Of a stretch of 64,000 bases of DNA, positions 59,207 through 64,000 are shown in pieces. Origin of the DNA: Candidatus Cloacimonadales bacterium (GTDB lineage: Bacteria; Cloacimonadota; Cloacimonadia; Cloacimonadales; JAIOQZ01); assembly GCA_963674825.1 (NCBI GenBank), contig OY771587.1, positions 2,528,001 to 2,592,000 on the forward strand, read 5' to 3'. Position 1 is the stretch's first letter; every line of letters begins with the position of its first letter. The position numbers and the translations under genes were made by a program. The notes below the pieces were generated by a model. The model did no database searches. It was not told the origin of the DNA and worked only from the letters and a program-made list of their open reading frames with translations.

Positions 59207-61279
59207 ATGAAAGCGCCCCAAAAGAGTCGGCTTGGTAAAGCAACACGATCACTAACGCTGGTCTTACTCATTCTTCTGGCAGCGCCATGTTTATGGCTCC
59301 ATGCCGCTGTGAAAGAGGTTGCCGGCGGTGTACAGTTCCTGTATGACGCGCCGGATGCGCAGTCCGTCTCGGTGGCGGGGTCGTTCAACGAATGGAACAC
59401 CTCGGCGTCACCGATGAGCATGAACGATGACGGTATCTGGACCGTCACCGTCAAATTGCCTCCCGGAAAGCATCAGTACAAATTTGTGGTCGATGGTAAC
59501 TGGTATTTCGATCCCGATCATAGCAACCTGATGGACGATGGCTACGGCGGATCGAATTCACTGGTGGAGATAGACGGTAAAGGTAAGATGGTCGCTGCTT
59601 CGCAGGTTGAATTCAAGCGTGACGGCATCGCCAGCATGATCAACCCGAAGGTCTTTTTCAATGGCCGTTACTATGCGAAGTACATCTTCGAGAAAGAAAA
59701 GGACGAATCGCGCTATATGCTCGACAAACCGTTGCATGTTATCGATCTCGGCCTGAAAATCCGTTTCAACGACCAGTTTGAAGGCTACACGGTGATGAAT
59801 ATAAACAACACCGATGAAGGCACCGATATGTGGAAAACGCATCTTACCTTCAAACGGACCTATCTCAAGCTTAAAACAGAATATTTCAAGCTGACCGCTT
59901 TCGATAAATACGGCTTCATCACCCTTGACGATCCACTGCACATGGTAGGTGACATCGGCCGCTATGGATATGCCTTCGGTTACGACCAGCGCGGTGTGTA
60001 TGCAAAGACGGCAGATGAATTCTTCGACAACCTCATGGGCAGTGTTCCGATCCGCTTCGAAGTGGAAGGACTCTACTCCGACGACGCAGGCGATTCCGAA
60101 AACGATACAGGTGCAGGTCGCCTGAAAACAAGCTGGCTGGTTTCGCAGCGTGAGAACAACGAAAAGACCCTCCGTCTTGGTGGTACGATGTACGGAACAA
60201 GGATCTCATCATCAACGCTTCTGCAAAAGCATGACAGCTACGGTTTCGATATTGCATACGAACACAGCATGATGGGATCGAACTGGAAAGCTCCCATGAA
60301 GTTTATGGTCGATGCTGAATATTACTCCTTCGAAAACCGTGATAACTACAAGAATTACGGTCAGGAAAACTACGAGTACATTACGGAAGAAGAAAACACC
60401 TGGATGGAAGGTAATGCCGGTTGGTTTGGCCTTCAGGTCGATTTCCCGGCAGCGCTCAAGCTGAACGCCAACGTCCAGACCAATACTGTCGAATGGACGA
60501 TCGGTACTGGTGCAAATCCGAACGGACTTGTGCCGAATCCCGAGACGACCAAAGAAGAAGTTACACGAAATCGTATCGGTTTCGGCGCAGATTTCGAAGC
60601 AGGTAATTTCACTGCCAACATCGGCATGAAATACTGGACCTACGAATTCCCTGATTCGCTCGTAAGCTGGTACGACTACTACCAGTATATGGAACGCACC
60701 GACGGTAATGGCCGCTGGTTCCAGCGCTACTCCGATGTCCCGTTCAATCGCTACACCGTGCTTGGCTACGAGGAAGCGCTCACCTGGAATCTCTCGCTGG
60801 GATACAAGTTTGATCTGCTGTTACCGATCGATATCGATTGGGATGCGAACTTCACTCACCAGGGCTTCATGCGAGAAGCGAAGTTCATCGAGAACGTGAT
60901 TGCGGTGGGTATTCATCTCACCGATCAGTGGATGATTTGGTCAAGCACACGTGTGCCGTACTACAACGATCCCTACATGGGCCTCGAAACTGATTTCGGT
61001 AACGACGAAGATGTTTGGGTAAGCAACTACTCAGAACTCGCCTATATCCTTTCGGATCAGGTGCGCATCTCCTTCGGCTGGGGCGTCAATCCGCGCGCAC
61101 TCAACGCTGTCACGGATGAGTTCTATAACGGCGGACGCGACGAATTCCTGACTGAAGCTTCCGACTACGAAGAATACACCGAAAGTGCATACCTTGGAAC
61201 CGGTGAGAAGATTCGCCAGGCCGAGCAAGCGCTCGAGAACGAAAAACGCTTCATGCTGGAAGCTACCTTGAGGTTTTAG
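59207..61279 (+). CDS. CBM48/AMPK-beta-like glycogen-binding domain fused to a putative outer-membrane barrel (barrel B)
   Basis: SVSVAGSFNEWN...LPPGKHQYKFVVDGNW..DP....DDGYGGSNS; then ~540 aa of beta-strands ending FMLEATLRF. Confidence 0.72.
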   Translation: MKAPQKSRLGKATRSLTLVLLILLAAPCLWLHAAVKEVAGGVQFLYDAPDAQSVSVAGSFNEWNTSASPMSMNDDGIWTVTVKLPPGKHQYKFVVDGNWYFDPDHSNLMDDGYGGSNSLVEIDGKGKMVAASQVEFKRDGIASMINPKVFFNGRYYAKYIFEKEKDESRYMLDKPLHVIDLGLKIRFNDQFEGYTVMNINNTDEGTDMWKTHLTFKRTYLKLKTEYFKLTAFDKYGFITLDDPLHMVGDIGRYGYAFGYDQRGVYAKTADEFFDNLMGSVPIRFEVEGLYSDDAGDSENDTGAGRLKTSWLVSQRENNEKTLRLGGTMYGTRISSSTLLQKHDSYGFDIAYEHSMMGSNWKAPMKFMVDAEYYSFENRDNYKNYGQENYEYITEEENTWMEGNAGWFGLQVDFPAALKLNANVQTNTVEWTIGTGANPNGLVPNPETTKEEVTRNRIGFGADFEAGNFTANIGMKYWTYEFPDSLVSWYDYYQYMERTDGNGRWFQRYSDVPFNRYTVLGYEEALTWNLSLGYKFDLLLPIDIDWDANFTHQGFMREAKFIENVIAVGIHLTDQWMIWSSTRVPYYNDPYMGLETDFGNDEDVWVSNYSELAYILSDQVRISFGWGVNPRALNAVTDEFYNGGRDEFLTEASDYEEYTESAYLGTGEKIRQAEQALENEKRFMLEATLRF

Positions 61280-61288
61280 GGAGGAAGC

Positions 61289-61705
61289 ATGAAAAAAATC
61301 CTGATTCCTCTGGTCATCATCCTGCTAGTTGCGGGATGCGATCTTAACTTCATCAAGAAACGTCTTCCGCCGCCCCATAAGTCGAAAGAAGGCGTGATAT
61401 TCCAGTACGAGGCACCTTCAGCGAGAATGGTAACCCTGGCCGGCGACTTCCCGGATAACCTCTGGGGTGGAACCGCCTCCACCAGCGCACAATACGATCC
61501 CAACATCGATAAAATGTACGACGACGGTACGCACGGCGACCTCGAAGCTGGTGATGGCATCTGGACGCTTGTGAAAAAGCTCCCGCCCGGAAGATACACC
61601 TACAAATACGTGGTCGATCGTAATTCGTGGTTCACGGATCCCAACGCGCTCGATTACACAGATGATGGCTACGGCGGAAAGAATTCCGTACTGGTTATCG
61701 AATAG
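61289..61705 (+). CDS. Small lipoprotein with CBM48-like domain carrying a 'choice-of-anchor X'-like acidic insert
   Basis: VAGC lipobox; VTLAGDF..N.W; MYDDGTHGDLEAGDGIWT; LPPGRYTYKYVVD..WFTDP....DDGYGGKNS. Confidence 0.78.
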   Translation: MKKILIPLVIILLVAGCDLNFIKKRLPPPHKSKEGVIFQYEAPSARMVTLAGDFPDNLWGGTASTSAQYDPNIDKMYDDGTHGDLEAGDGIWTLVKKLPPGRYTYKYVVDRNSWFTDPNALDYTDDGYGGKNSVLVIE

Positions 61706-61722
61706 ATTATGAGGAACGAATT

Positions 61723-62691
61723 ATGAAATGGATTGCAAGCATATTCGCCATATTGTTGATCTTCGCCGCATGCGAAGATACGCCCACTGATAGCCCCTAT
61801 TCTCACAACGCCTCGATAGAGGGTTATGTGCAGTTTGAAGAGGCTACGACTGATACGTTGTCCGCAAACGTTGAGGTATATTTTACCACCGACAGCGATG
61901 AAACCATCAAGGTCGCCGAGACAACAACCGATCAGACCGGTTACTGGCGTGTGGATGGACTGACCGCAGATGAATATTTCATCTACTTCTATTCGGACAC
62001 CTACGGTAGCACCAACGCCACGGCTACGGCTGTAGCGAACGAGATCACCATGGTCGATACGGTCACGTTCGAGTACTCCGAACCGATCGAATTTCGCGAG
62101 ATCACTGTGGACGGCGATTCTACCGACTGGGATCAGCCCATATACGAGAACAATCATGCTTCCGACTGGGGCCCGAACAACTTCGAAAACCTCTATATGG
62201 CTCAGAACGAAACCCACCTCTTCATCTGCCTGACTGGTGAATTCTCGTCATCGGACAACGCGGTCAATATCTACCTCGATACCGACTTCGTTGCAGGAAT
62301 CGGTGTAAGGGATTTCTCTACCATCGCGGGTGGCGATCCGGGTAATCAGCTAAGAAAGAATGTCGTGGTCAATGCACCTGAGGCATTCGGTGCGGATGTG
62401 GCCCTCACCAACTGGGCGCTGCAGAATCCACTTCTGGTAAGCCTCGCCGACCCGACAGCTGTTGATTCGAATGTACTGGAGGCTGAAGTAGCCATGACGG
62501 CAAGCTGTATCGAGCTTGCGATTCCGTTTGAGCAGCTTTATGGGAGCAGTAGTGCTCCGAGCGGACAGAAAATTGCGCTGGTTGCGATCATCGGTGGTGG
62601 CGGCGACGCTTATTTCGCCGGTGACTCAATTCCGCAGCAAACGAATGTCGCCAGTTTCCAGAGCGTCATCGAAGCCATGTTATCTGAATAA
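61723..62691 (+). CDS. Lipoprotein with prealbumin-like domain and DOMON/CBM9-like domain
   Basis: FAAC lipobox; TTTDQTGYW..DGL; ITVDGD.TDW, IELAIPFEQL. Confidence 0.65.
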   Translation: MKWIASIFAILLIFAACEDTPTDSPYSHNASIEGYVQFEEATTDTLSANVEVYFTTDSDETIKVAETTTDQTGYWRVDGLTADEYFIYFYSDTYGSTNATATAVANEITMVDTVTFEYSEPIEFREITVDGDSTDWDQPIYENNHASDWGPNNFENLYMAQNETHLFICLTGEFSSSDNAVNIYLDTDFVAGIGVRDFSTIAGGDPGNQLRKNVVVNAPEAFGADVALTNWALQNPLLVSLADPTAVDSNVLEAEVAMTASCIELAIPFEQLYGSSSAPSGQKIALVAIIGGGGDAYFAGDSIPQQTNVASFQSVIEAMLSE

Positions 62692-62712
62692 TCAAGCATT
62701 GGAGGAGAGTCC

Positions 62713-64000
62713 ATGAGGAATATATTCATCTCTGTATTGTTTGCTGTCGTGCTCGTCATAGCCGGCTGCGCCACCCTCGGTTTCGGTGATTTCGAAGGAG
62801 AGACCCGTCATGCCGATTCAGGTGCGACCGAGCAGGTGAGCGCTGGCACAACTACACTAACCTATATCAACCCGAGCGCTAATAGCGTTCACATAGCCGG
62901 TTCGTTTAACGACTGGAATTCAAGTGCCACGCCGATGAAAAAAGTCGGTGAAAAATGGCAGGCGAATCTCGATCTTGAACCGGGTGAATACATGTACAAA
63001 TTCGTGATCAACGGTGCTGACTGGATCGCTGATCCTAAAAACGACAACACCGCGGACGACGGATATGGTGGTGTGAATTCTGTGCTGACCGTTACCGGTT
63101 CGGCAAAGAAGACCGATCGCGATTTCAAACCGAAGAAGGCCGAAGCATCAGATGGAACCGTGGTTACCTATAAAGATGGTGGCGCGACATCGGTATCGAT
63201 CGCGGGTGAATTCAATAACTGGGATATGGCCGCTAACCCGATGACCAAAGACGGCGACACCTGGTCGGTAGCGCTCGATCTGGCTCCGGGAGACTATATG
63301 TACAAATTCGTGGTCAACGGCTCCGACTGGAAGGTTGATCCGAACAATCCCAATACTGCTGATGACGGTTACGGCGGACAGAATTCAGTCCTGACAGTCG
63401 GCGGAACCGCGAAAAAGGCAGCCAAGAAAGAAGCTCCCAAGCCGGTGATGACCGAAGGCGGTACTGTGGTAACCTACAAGGACGCGGGTGCTTCATCGGT
63501 ATCGATTGCTGGTGAGTTCAACAACTGGGATATGGCCGCAAACCCGATGACCAAAGACGGCGACACCTGGTCGGTAGCGCTTGATCTGGCTCCGGGCGAC
63601 TACATGTACAAATTCGTAGTCAACGGTTCCGACTGGAAGGTTGATCCGAACAATCCCAATACTGCTGATGACGGTTACGGCGGACAGAACTCAATACTGA
63701 CTGTCGGTGGAACCGCGAAAAAAGCAGCCAAGAAAGAAGCTCCCAAGCCGGTGAAGATTGAAGGCAGCACCATCATGACATACAAAGACGCAGGCGCAAC
63801 ATCGGTATCGATCGCGGGAGATTTCAATAATTGGGATATGGCTGCAACTCCGATGACCAAAGACGGCGACACCTGGAAGGTTGGGCTGGACCTGGCTCCG
63901 GGTGAATACATGTATAAATTCGTAGTTAACGGCTCCGATTGGAAAACCGATCCGAAAAATGACAACAAGGCGGATGATGGCTACGGTGGACAAAACTCGG
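62713..64000 (+). CDS. Lipoprotein with at least 4 tandem CBM48/AMPK-beta-like domains; runs off the window
   Basis: ATG 62713 after GGAGGAG; MRNIFISVLFAVVLVIAGC lipobox; four SV.IAG.FN.W...PM.K.G..W...LDL.PG.Y.YKFV.NG.DW..DP....DDGYGG.NS units. Not in the ORF track because it has no stop. Confidence 0.88.
   Translation, partial: MRNIFISVLFAVVLVIAGCATLGFGDFEGETRHADSGATEQVSAGTTTLTYINPSANSVHIAGSFNDWNSSATPMKKVGEKWQANLDLEPGEYMYKFVINGADWIADPKNDNTADDGYGGVNSVLTVTGSAKKTDRDFKPKKAEASDGTVVTYKDGGATSVSIAGEFNNWDMAANPMTKDGDTWSVALDLAPGDYMYKFVVNGSDWKVDPNNPNTADDGYGGQNSVLTVGGTAKKAAKKEAPKPVMTEGGTVVTYKDAGASSVSIAGEFNNWDMAANPMTKDGDTWSVALDLAPGDYMYKFVVNGSDWKVDPNNPNTADDGYGGQNSILTVGGTAKKAAKKEAPKPVKIEGSTIMTYKDAGATSVSIAGDFNNWDMAATPMTKDGDTWKVGLDLAPGEYMYKFVVNGSDWKTDPKNDNKADDGYGGQNS
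63160..64000 (+). repeat. 306-bp intragenic tandem repeat
   Basis: ATGACCAAAGACGGCGACACCTGG at 63241, 63547 and 63853. Confidence 0.9.

Noticed and set aside
63160..64000. Regular repeats as a CRISPR array
   Set aside because: The 306-bp units are in-frame coding repeats with no unique spacers, and there are no cas genes.

Overview
Bacterial genomic DNA from a diderm anaerobe-like organism. It has strong Shine-Dalgarno sites, TTGAC -35 boxes, lptCAB/kdsC, and secreted proteins ending in a 'PNPFNP...K(M/V)xL(L/I)K' FlgD-Ig/T9SS-type C-terminal domain. This combination suggests a non-Bacteroidota FCB-group lineage such as Cloacimonadota (inference only). 1-27.4 kb is accessory: an ABC permease-M1 peptidase fusion with its ATPase, four large secreted proteins, a decaying AraC/cupin/aldo-keto island with two tandem DUF362 Fe-S genes, an HTH fused to an apparently inactive M29 aminopeptidase, a REP-like triple hairpin and an atypical pilin. 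27.4-50.5 kb is mostly housekeeping: folC, HAD, PP2C, flippase, Asn-synthetase-like, metK, pgi/pmi, pgi, ptsI, ptsH, hprK, hpf, lipA, lpdA, rpoN, lptBAC, kdsC, ybaB-recR-ribE. 50.7-64 kb is the best candidate for an undescribed system: a starch/glycogen (alpha-glucan) capture-and-import locus with no SusC/D or LamB in the window. It has a fused MalE-MalF protein, MalG, T9SS-type secreted non-catalytic binders, a PorV-like barrel, two mutually paralogous unknown outer-membrane barrels (one carrying a glycogen-binding CBM48-like domain) and three lipoproteins, the last with at least four tandem CBM48-like repeats. No tRNA, rRNA, CRISPR array or transposase was recognised.
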